DNA of 32,000 bases from an uncultured Alphaproteobacteria bacterium (GTDB lineage Bacteria; Pseudomonadota; Alphaproteobacteria; Rs-D84): NCBI GenBank assembly GCA_963931495.1, contig OZ007020.1, positions 870,001-902,000 of the forward strand, written 5' to 3'. Shown here in pieces: positions 24,994 through 32,000 of this stretch. How positions within the stretch are numbered: the first letter of the stretch is position 1; each line of letters opens with the position of its first letter. The notes under the pieces were generated by a model that was not told the origin of the DNA, searched no databases, and was given only the letters and a program-made list of their open reading frames with translations. A program made the position numbers and the translations under genes.

Positions 24994-25271
24994 TTTAAAC
25001 TTTTGACAATTTTACCCTTAATAGAATTGTCTTTTTCTTGCACAAGCATCTGAACTTTATGATACAAATCATGATAAAAATCTTGATACGCATTCCACGC
25101 ATCTGTATTAAATATTTCATATGTACTATTTTTTAGTAGTTGAGGGTCAATAAACAGCGGTGTATCGGTATTCAGAGGCACATCTAAAACCCCTAATTTT
25201 ATAAAAGCATCAGGAGACACACCAAAGTGTTCAGACAATGGAATTATTCGATTAGATTTTTTCACACTCAT
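24966..25271 (-). pseudogene. Probable N-terminal fragment of a larger gene, running into the cupin remnant
   Basis: 101-aa ORF whose last ~10 codons overlap the cupin ORF in another frame. The sequence reads like the N-terminus of a longer protein (…LFIDPQLL…). Confidence 0.4.
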
Positions 25272-25340
25272 AAGTAAAACCTTTTATATTATCAGCCAAT
25301 CTATAGGATTTTACTGCAAATTTTCAAGAGAATCCTTGAG

Positions 25341-26117
25341 TTAATCTGAAACTTTTTGCAAAATACTTTTTATATTCTTTTCTGTGTATTCCAAACACAT
25401 CCAGACAACTATAGGGCTAAGGCCTCTGTACTGATTTTTATTCATAACAACCCTATCTTTGCATAGAACTGGCGCATACATAGCCGCCCCGCAGTGTTTT
25501 ATTTTGCAATATGACGAATAAAACAACACAAGCTTTTTATCAATACCGGAAAAACCATAAAAATTTGATAAATTTTTCCTAAACGGCCTCAAATAATCTT
25601 CAACCACCGGAAATTCGTAATTATTTTTTATAATTCTTAATTTTTCCGAATTTGTCATAGCCATCAATATAGTCTGGACCAATTCTTCGTGACTTTGTTC
25701 CGCTTTTTTCGATACAACTATGTCGCATCTATTCTTAAAATCATCCATTATAAAATCTATAGTTTCTTGAGTTTCCGCATCCACATTATCATCGCCTACA
25801 AATTTGAATAAATCACATAGAGTTTGTACCGTTTCTCGTGCCAGATATTTGCTTATTTGTTTTGTATTAGCTTCTTGCAAACTGGCAGAAATATAATTGA
25901 TCACCGCGGCATTCTCTAACAAATGTCCCGCTATCAATACAGCATCTGAAAACCTTTCATTGTCCATTAGTAATAAATACGATTTTCTTGACTCTGCCAT
26001 TTTATTCAACAACAAATGCACATTATATTCACAAGACGTCATATCCAATGGAAATGAATCAAAATATAACAACTGCGAATTTCTTATTTTATCCAGATAT
26101 TCCTTATAATCTGCCAT
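25341..26117 (-). CDS. Hypothetical helical protein (258 aa)
   Basis: Intact ORF upstream of the truncated gene on the same strand. No confident family assignment. Confidence 0.5.
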   Translation of the reverse strand: MADYKEYLDKIRNSQLLYFDSFPLDMTSCEYNVHLLLNKMAESRKSYLLLMDNERFSDAVLIAGHLLENAAVINYISASLQEANTKQISKYLARETVQTLCDLFKFVGDDNVDAETQETIDFIMDDFKNRCDIVVSKKAEQSHEELVQTILMAMTNSEKLRIIKNNYEFPVVEDYLRPFRKNLSNFYGFSGIDKKLVLFYSSYCKIKHCGAAMYAPVLCKDRVVMNKNQYRGLSPIVVWMCLEYTEKNIKSILQKVSD

Positions 26118-26239
26118 TTTGTCCCCTTTTGTTCCAAATTACCAAAAAATTGAAAAACAAGCAATATCCTTTAGTTACAACAAATGACTGGGCAAGTGAC
26201 GAAAGATTATGCCAAATACGACAACCTTAAAAGGATTGT

Positions 26240-26460
26240 CTATGAAGTACAAACATTTTTGAGAAATTGAGCCCAGTAATAAGGCGGATTTTATTATGCT
26301 TTATTTCGCAGCATGCCGATCATTACACGAGTTGGAGCTATCCGCAGAACAAACAACGGCAACCTAACATGCCGGCAGACATGGTTGCTCCGCCGCATCC
26401 AGCACAAGTTGACACAGATGTCAAGTTATTACAAGTCCATATTTTCGTGACCAACAACTA
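26240..26460 (+). pseudogene. Frameshifted paralogue of the 18857-19063 small gene
   Basis: MKYKHF then a stop. The +1 frame continues EIEPSNKADFIMLYFAACRSLHELELS, against MSFKHFDDIKPNDKAQFEMLYFSAQRALRRLELK in the intact copy. An extra T in the CATTTTT run explains the shift. Confidence 0.6.
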
Positions 26461-26467
26461 GTTATTA

Positions 26468-26496
26468 TTGACTTTTTAAGCAAATTATGGTATAAT
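26468..26496 (+). promoter_or_regulatory. Near-consensus sigma70 promoter
   Basis: TTGACT (26468-26473), 17 nt, TATAAT (26491-26496). Confidence 0.6.
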
Positions 26497-26506
26497 TATC
26501 AGCATG

Positions 26507-26543
26507 AGCAACGAGATATTTTTGTTGCTTTTTTTATTTTTTA
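26507..26543 (+). terminator. Hairpin plus long T-run only ~5-40 nt after the predicted start site
   Basis: AGCAAC (26507-26512), 11-nt loop, GTTGCT (26524-26529), then TTTTTTTATTTTTT. Confidence 0.5.
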
Positions 26544-26629
26544 GTCCTATTTTTCTAAAAACCTAATTTTATGCTTTTATAATTTTAACATAATGTGTTA
26601 TAATTGCATTGAACTCAAAGAGAAATTTT

Positions 26630-27097
26630 ATGTGTCAGAAAACGAAACAGCTTTTGGCGCTCATTTTGCGTGATGGCCCACGCGGAGTTACTAGTTTGCT
26701 AAAAATATCATACTTGATTGACTTGGCCGCAATTCGCAATATTGGGAAACCTATATCCGAATTTAAATATATCCGTTGGAATTTTGGTCCTTTTGATAGT
26801 ACTATTTACAAAAACCTTGAAAACATGCGCGAAGAAGGAACGATATCTGCAGAATCCTGTTTCTTTGGAAGCGACGAGCACGTAGTTTACAATCTTACCG
26901 ATCCTACATCAGTAGAAACAGATTCTTTGTCACCAGATGAACTGAACATTATTTCTACTATGCTGGAACACGTGCAGGGATACGGAGCTAAAACTTTAAC
27001 AGAAATAGCCTATAACACAAAACCTATGGTTTTAATTGGTGCGACTCTTGGCGGCACAGAGCATATGGGTGAAGTTTTAAATATGTATGCTGCTTAA
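26630..27097 (+). CDS. Panacea-domain (DUF4065 / SocA-like) putative antitoxin
   Basis: Start set to the ATG at 26630. LLKISYLIDLAAIRNIGKPISEFKYIRWNFGPFDSTIY and the later LSPDELNIISTMLEHVQGYGAKTLTEIAYNTKP fit the DUF4065 pattern (KL.YL.D........pi....y.....GP....iy...Ls.ee...l..v...yg..sa..L....H...pw). Confidence 0.65.
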   Translation: MCQKTKQLLALILRDGPRGVTSLLKISYLIDLAAIRNIGKPISEFKYIRWNFGPFDSTIYKNLENMREEGTISAESCFFGSDEHVVYNLTDPTSVETDSLSPDELNIISTMLEHVQGYGAKTLTEIAYNTKPMVLIGATLGGTEHMGEVLNMYAA

Positions 27098-27605
27098 AAT
27101 GGAATATTTTCAACCGTTTTGGTGTTACGTTGATGAACAATCTGTAGAAGAAACCACAAATGTTTGCAAACGTAAATATAAATTATTTATAAACCGGATG
27201 CCTCTTATTCGGGAAGTACTGTATTTTTTTGTTTCTACATCAAAAGACTATACAAATCATAGCTTAACGTTTTCTGTAACAGAAAAAGAATGGTTATGTT
27301 TGATAAAAGATTCATTAACATCCAGACCTACACAATATTTATCCGGATGTTCTCATTTTGACATCAGAAAAATCTGCACTGAAAATGAATCTGATTTAAT
27401 GAACAAAAGAAAAAATAATCATTTAGCATGCATCGCCTATTTACCGGACACCAAACAGCATCTTATACGCAAATGTTTTGAAAATTTAAGACACCAAAGA
27501 TTAAATCCAAAAGAAAAAACAAATTTGAAAAATGTAAGCGATATATTGTCACACACTGTTTCAGATAAAGAACTACAAAATTTTTTTACTACTTTTAATA
27601 TATAA
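27087..27605 (+). CDS. Unknown protein, candidate toxin/effector partner of the Panacea protein
   Basis: 172-aa ORF overlapping the upstream gene by 11 nt (an alternative ATG at 27099 lies just after the stop). No family recognised. Confidence 0.45.
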   Translation: MLLKMEYFQPFWCYVDEQSVEETTNVCKRKYKLFINRMPLIREVLYFFVSTSKDYTNHSLTFSVTEKEWLCLIKDSLTSRPTQYLSGCSHFDIRKICTENESDLMNKRKNNHLACIAYLPDTKQHLIRKCFENLRHQRLNPKEKTNLKNVSDILSHTVSDKELQNFFTTFNI

Positions 27606-27657
27606 CATTATTTAAAATGATACTTGGCTATGTATTCATTATTTTTTCTTTTTATTT

Positions 27658-28371
27658 TTACCAAAGCCTATCCTCATAATTGAAAAGGGCTAAATAGGCT
27701 ATAAAAGCTAAACCTTTATTTGTAATTGTATATTCCCCATCTTTGTACTCCATCAGTCCCTGAGATTGCACAAATTTGGTCCAAGGTTCTAATTCAATAT
27801 TGCTATCCGGCATTTTACGTTTTTCTTGTTTGAAAAACTTAGCTACTTCATTTTTTGTTAGTGTTTTTGCTGCTTCCAAATGACGTAACAATCGTATTTG
27901 GCTTCCAAAGATAATTCTATATATACGTTCAAACTCCGTTGCTATCCTATAATTTGTCGAATCCCTAACCATTATATCTATTTTTTTATACGGCGATTCC
28001 GCTAAATCTTTCTTTAACTTATTTTCTATTTCTAATGTATAAGCCTTCAAGCCCGTATCAGGCAATTCTGGAAGATCATATTCTGCCTTACGCTTTTTTA
28101 ACTTCTTATCAGAAGTAGTTGCAGGAATATCAAATAATTTGTCTTGTGTGCTATTTTGAATATCTGGCTGATTTGAGTCACCAAGTGAAAATTTGTTGTC
28201 TTTTACTCGCAAATCTTCTTTTATTTTTTTCAAAATTGCGACAAAGTATTTTCTGAGTGCAAAAAACACAACCAGTACAATAAAAGGCCAGCTAGTAAGA
28301 AGTTTGACTATATTTTTAATAACATAATCGCCTCCCATGCCAATATATTCCAAAATATTACATGTATCCAT
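27658..28371 (-). CDS. Membrane-anchored protein with a possible C-terminal winged-helix-like region
   Basis: 237 aa. One N-terminal TM helix (LLTSWPFIVLVVFFAL). C-terminal GLMEYKDGEYTITNKGLAFIAYL looks wHTH-like. Last gene of a 3-gene operon. Confidence 0.5.
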   Translation of the reverse strand: MDTCNILEYIGMGGDYVIKNIVKLLTSWPFIVLVVFFALRKYFVAILKKIKEDLRVKDNKFSLGDSNQPDIQNSTQDKLFDIPATTSDKKLKKRKAEYDLPELPDTGLKAYTLEIENKLKKDLAESPYKKIDIMVRDSTNYRIATEFERIYRIIFGSQIRLLRHLEAAKTLTKNEVAKFFKQEKRKMPDSNIELEPWTKFVQSQGLMEYKDGEYTITNKGLAFIAYLALFNYEDRLW

Positions 28372-28391
28372 TTTTTATCTTATCCTATATC

Positions 28392-28736
28392 TTATAATTT
28401 TCGATGCATATCGGTTACTGAAGTGTAGTACATATTATTTTCGCCACGGATGGTTCTAACGACATAATCTACCTCAAAATACTGGTATGTAGCTTCTTTT
28501 TCATTGTATTTGGTTACCAGTTTGGCTGAGCAAGCACGTCTTTGTGGAGTAACATTATTAAACACTTCCATCTCCACAACTTCTTCAAACCCTACTATTT
28601 CCTTGTTATAGCTTTCTTTCGCTATATCTTTTAGTAAGCTTTTTACAGAAGGCGACCCGCATTCCGGTGCAGGTTCAGAACATCCAACCAGCGCAAGTGG
28701 AAATACAAGTAATATAAAAATGTGCAACATTTTCAT
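28392..28736 (-). CDS. Small lipoprotein
   Basis: Signal peptide plus lipobox: MKMLHIFILLVFPLALVG|C. 114 aa. A 4-nt gap separates it from the upstream gene. Confidence 0.7.
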   Translation of the reverse strand: MKMLHIFILLVFPLALVGCSEPAPECGSPSVKSLLKDIAKESYNKEIVGFEEVVEMEVFNNVTPQRRACSAKLVTKYNEKEATYQYFEVDYVVRTIRGENNMYYTSVTDMHRKL

Positions 28737-28740
28737 ACCG

Positions 28741-29778
28741 TTACTCCATTGGTTTGATCATAGATTCGATGAAATCAATTTCTTTCTTATCCAGCCCATA
28801 CTTCTTGTATAACTGCTTATCTATTTCAGCAATGGATTTTGACCAATCTATGTCAGACGCGTCAGAAAAATCCTGTTTTGGCACATTTGACCAAACTTCT
28901 ATCTTAAGCCCATTTGTTGCCTTTAGAGTCCCCACCATGAAACGAACAAATCTAGTTTTTAAATATTTCTGTAAATTATCCGCTTCTTTTTTACTTTTAA
29001 AAGCTCCAATTGAAATAAATGTCTGAGTGTATCCAACACCAGCATCCAACACAACTGGCTCTCCAATCACCCTTGCTGGTACAGGGTTGCCTATGGTACC
29101 ACTCGCCCCATCAGCGGAAGAAAGTAAAACTTTATAATGATCTATATTTGATCCACGTTCTAAATATTTTTCCTCAATGTATTTGACTATCCTTCTTCTC
29201 TTGAATAATCCACAAATAGGAACACTACTTTTTGTGTGCATCACATCTGAAAAAACTTCAGTAAGGTTCTCAAAAGCAGATGACACTATTCGCTTTTCGC
29301 TACCAGCAGAGCTAATTTTTGTTTTAGCTTTAGAATAATCTTTATATAGCGCCTCTAAATTAAATTTATTTTGGAGATAAACCATATCTTTGATGCTTTC
29401 AAAGTTTTTGTAATTCAATATTTTATCTGCAACACTCCCCATTTCTTTATATGGTCGAAAAAATTTAATTGCACCATATTTTTTTGAAGTATCTCTATAA
29501 GTTATTGCAATTCCGCCATTTATACTGGTATGAGGGAAATACTTTTTAGATTCTCTTTCATAAGATGAAACCTTAACATGCTCATCGTCAAGCATCTTCC
29601 TGTTCCATTCTTTTGGGGTTTTACCGGCATTAAATAAAAACCTAGCAGGCGTAATAAATGATGCTTTATTACTCAGCAGAAATGCTACCTTCATAAATAA
29701 ATGATATATAGGATTATCACTAGTATTCTGGCGCGCTTCTTGGTATGGCGGGTTTCCAACAACTGCTTGAAACTGCAT
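28741..29778 (-). CDS. Eco57I-family NPPY-first methyltransferase-like protein (345 aa)
   Basis: Start moved to the ATG at 29776-29778 (GGAGAAAATAAA-ATG). MQFQAVVGNPPYQ...NPIYHLFM...ITPARFLFNAGKTPKEWNRKML matches a short family I recall being annotated as Eco57I-domain proteins. A possible degenerate motif I (VVLDAGVGYT) occurs late in the protein. Confidence 0.65.
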   Translation of the reverse strand: MQFQAVVGNPPYQEARQNTSDNPIYHLFMKVAFLLSNKASFITPARFLFNAGKTPKEWNRKMLDDEHVKVSSYERESKKYFPHTSINGGIAITYRDTSKKYGAIKFFRPYKEMGSVADKILNYKNFESIKDMVYLQNKFNLEALYKDYSKAKTKISSAGSEKRIVSSAFENLTEVFSDVMHTKSSVPICGLFKRRRIVKYIEEKYLERGSNIDHYKVLLSSADGASGTIGNPVPARVIGEPVVLDAGVGYTQTFISIGAFKSKKEADNLQKYLKTRFVRFMVGTLKATNGLKIEVWSNVPKQDFSDASDIDWSKSIAEIDKQLYKKYGLDKKEIDFIESMIKPME

Positions 29779-29943
29779 TTTATTTTCTCCTGCTTCTTCA
29801 ATATTATCATTTAATTTAATTTTATCCAGTGGCTTAGTTTGTTTTAATATAGCAGCAACACGTGCATAATCTATGTTCTTTGTTGGTCTGCCACGTCTGT
29901 CCAACATCTTAACATCCAACAAATCATAACTATTAAATTCTGC

Positions 29944-31470
29944 TGCTATCGCCAGCAATAATATCCAAACACGTTGCAGACACCACAAATCTAGGATGTA
30001 ATTCAACCTGGGTTGATTTATAGGATGTTTACAATTACTACACCGGTATCTGTAACTAGGGCGCAACAATACAGAAACCTGACGCGCACGCCATAAAATA
30101 TGGGTGCGATTCAACCATAGGTTGTATATTTTCATATTCACAATTATTGTAACGGCATATGCAAACATATTTACATCAGTGCCATAAAACGGTGAAAACA
30201 CTATAAAATCGGGCCGTAATTCAACCTAGGGTTGAACAAAACGATGTTTGTATCCGGTAAGTCGTTATCTGTAATAATATGTAAAATATGCTACGTGCAC
30301 CGCAAAATGTGAACATAATTCAACCATAGGTTGAATTTTGCGATGCTTGTAATTCGTAAATCGGCATTTATAATTGGGGTATAATAACTCAAAACATGCT
30401 GCACACACTATAAAACATAGATGCAATTCAACCCCAGGTTAAATGCTGTAATGTTTACGATTGACGCGCTATCGCCAGCAAGAATATCAAAACACGTTGC
30501 AGACGTTATAAATCTGGGACGCAATTCAACTATGGGTTGAACGTTGCGTTATTCACAACTGACGAACAGCCGTCAGCAACAATACAAAATATGGTGTATA
30601 TACCGTAAAACATGGGCGAGATTCAATCATAGGTTGTATATCGTCATATTCACAATTACTGCGCCGACATCTATAACCAGGGCATAACAATGCAAAAAAC
30701 ATGGCGCATAGGCTATAAAACATGGGTGCGATTCAACCACAGGTTGAACGACATCATATCAACAATCAGCATACTGTTGCATATAATAATATTAAAACTC
30801 CTTATAGACATTGTAAATCGTGGGTACGATTCAACCTAAGGTTGAACAAAACGATGTTCGCAACTGGTAATTCGGCGCCTGTAATAATATATAAAATATG
30901 CTGCACACACTATAAAACATAGACGCAATTCAACCCCAGGTTAAATGCTGTAATGTTTACGATTGACGCGCTATCGCCAGCAAGAATATCAAAACACGTT
31001 GCAGACGTTATAAATCTGGGACGCAATTCAACTATGGGTTGAACGTTGCGTTATTCACAACTGACGAACAGCCGTCAGCAACAATACAAAATATGGTGTA
31101 TATACCGTAAAACATGGGCGAGATTCAATCATAGGTTGTATATCGTCATATTCACAATTACTGCGCCGACATCTATAACCAGGGCATAACAATGCAAAAA
31201 ACATGGCGCATAGGCTATAAAACATGGGTGCGATTCAACCACAGGTTGAACGACATCATATCAACAATCAGCATACTGTTGCATATAATAATATTAAAAC
31301 TCCTTATAGACATTGTAAATCGTGGGTACGATTCAACCTAAGGTTGAATTATGTAAGTTTTACGATTAGTGTCCCATCGCCTGTCGCAACATCAAAACAC
31401 GCTGCACGCACGATAAACCATGGGTGTAATTCAACCATAGGTTGAATATCAATGTTTTTTACAATCGTTA
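29944..31470. repeat. Array of 15 diverged ~100-bp tandem units, each with the palindrome TTCAACC-N3-GGTTGAA; includes a 502-bp-period secondary duplication
   Basis: Palindromes start at 30002, 30110, 30220, 30319, 30427, 30525, 30622, 30732, 30830, 30929, 31027, 31124, 31234, 31332 and 31430. Block 30396-30846 matches 30898-31348 with 1 mismatch. Confidence 0.9.
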
Positions 31471-31517
31471 TAACAGCGGTATCAAATAAATTTCAGGTGA
31501 TTTTGGCCAAGTATTTA

Positions 31518-31546
31518 TTGATTTAATTGTCAATTTGTGATATAAT
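31518..31546 (+). promoter_or_regulatory. Near-consensus extended -10 sigma70 promoter
   Basis: TTGATT (31518-31523), 17 nt, TATAAT (31541-31546), preceded by TGA (i.e. TGnTATAAT). Confidence 0.7.
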
Positions 31547-31590
31547 GTGTGGCATCCAAGCACCATAATAATTATTTATATTTTTATATG

Positions 31591-31618
31591 CCCGACCATG
31601 TTTTATGGTCGGGTTTTT
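31591..31618 (+). terminator. Strong intrinsic terminator between the promoter and the tail-fibre gene
   Basis: CCCGACCAT-GTTTT-ATGGTCGGG followed by TTTTT, about 40-65 nt after the predicted start site and 23 nt before the ATG. Confidence 0.75.
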
Positions 31619-31640
31619 CATTTGATTCAAAGGAGATTTT

Positions 31641-32000
31641 ATGAATAAATTTGATTTTGTCGCAGATGGGCACGTTACTGATTTTCATTTTACTTTCCCA
31701 TTTTTTTCAAAAAATGATGTTGTTGTAAAGCACAATTCCGCAGACGCCACAGGATATGATGTATTTTGTTACAGCGATGCAATAAATCCAGACTTTCCAT
31801 TTACTGGGGGTCGGGTACATTTCGCCATTGCGCCAAATCTTGGTGACGTTATCACAATTTCCAGAAAACTGGAATTAACGCGCACGGTGGATTACCAACC
31901 GACAATGCCGTTAAGCACGATGGCACTGAACCAAGACATGAATTTTATGTTGGAAGTATTAAAAGACATGAAAAACGAACTGATGGATTTTCATGACAAG
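31641..32000 (+). CDS. Tail fibre protein, T7 gp17-like N-terminal domain (5' part; runs off the right edge)
   Basis: Own translation: MNKFDFVADGHVTDFHFTFPFFSKNDVVVKHN...ITISRKLELTRTVDYQPTMPLSTMALNQDMNFMLEVLKDMKNEL. The pattern Y/F.xDGxxxxFxxxFPxxxxxxVxV ... R.T...vDf.....l....LN.....l....QE is that of podovirus tail-fibre N-terminal domains. AAGGAG RBS at 31630-31635. Confidence 0.6.
   Translation, partial: MNKFDFVADGHVTDFHFTFPFFSKNDVVVKHNSADATGYDVFCYSDAINPDFPFTGGRVHFAIAPNLGDVITISRKLELTRTVDYQPTMPLSTMALNQDMNFMLEVLKDMKNELMDFHDK

Noticed and set aside
29779-30201. Long N-terminal extension of the Eco57I-like ORF (track start 30201)
   Set aside because: The extension is translated from the repeat array and has no protein-like features. 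A strong RBS (GGAGA) precedes the internal ATG at 29778, exactly where the conserved family begins (MQFQAVVGNPPYQ).
30722-31445. Track ORFs 30722-30922 and 31224-31445 (identical N-termini MGAIQPQVERHH...) as a duplicated small gene
   Set aside because: They are identical only because they lie in the 502-bp duplicated block. They have no RBS, low-complexity composition, and they read straight through the repeat palindromes.
29944-31470. CRISPR array
   Set aside because: The period is ~100 bp rather than 55-75 bp. The sequence between palindromes is itself homologous from unit to unit, so there are no unique spacers. A 5-unit block is duplicated wholesale. No cas genes or leader are visible in the window.
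29944-31470. Integron attC/cassette array (ATTCAAC fits RYYYAAC and GTTGAAC fits GTTRRRY)
   Set aside because: The two core-like motifs are only 5 nt apart instead of flanking L boxes. There are no cassette ORFs between sites, and no intI/attI nearby. The resemblance is probably coincidental to the palindrome.
31518-32000. Diversity-generating retroelement or invertase-driven tail-fibre switching linked to the repeat array
   Set aside because: No reverse transcriptase, template/variable repeat pair or serine invertase gene is in the window. The palindromes have a 3-nt centre, which is incompatible with the 2-bp crossover core of hix/gix sites.

Overview
AT-rich window made of two parts. (1) Positions 1-18033 are a phage or prophage module, almost entirely on the minus strand. 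Reading right to left: P4-type tyrosine integrase plus an AlpA-like Xis, about 4 kb of small early genes, a ParB-N/DNA-methylase fusion, TerS, TerL (lambda gpA-like), gpW, lambda-family portal, S49 protease, decoration protein, Mu gpT-like capsid, FII-like and gpU-like connectors, and the start of a P2 gpV-like baseplate spike that runs off the left edge. Two self-contained morons, each with its own promoter and terminator, interrupt this operon: a secreted 22-aa-repeat protein and a DUF4143-type ATPase-nuclease. (2) Positions 18.2-31.6 kb are an accessory island. Two 213-bp direct repeats, each ending in a tRNA 3'-half-like sequence plus a terminator, bracket a 4.7-kb integrase-less cassette. 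That cassette carries an iteron-like TGAAATCA array, a DUF262 + HEPN-like gene pair, and a DpnII-style M1-M2-R restriction-modification operon. To the right lie a compact MetK (SAM synthetase) homologue with a structured uORF-containing leader, a gene-decay scar, a Panacea (DUF4065) antitoxin with an unknown partner, an operon of an NPPY-first Eco57I-like protein with a lipoprotein and a membrane protein, and a 1.5-kb array of 15 diverged ~100-bp repeats each keeping the palindrome TTCAACC-N3-GGTTGAA. A strong promoter-plus-terminator leader then precedes a T7-like tail-fibre gene that runs off the right edge. All functional calls come from motif and architecture recognition by eye; no searches were run.
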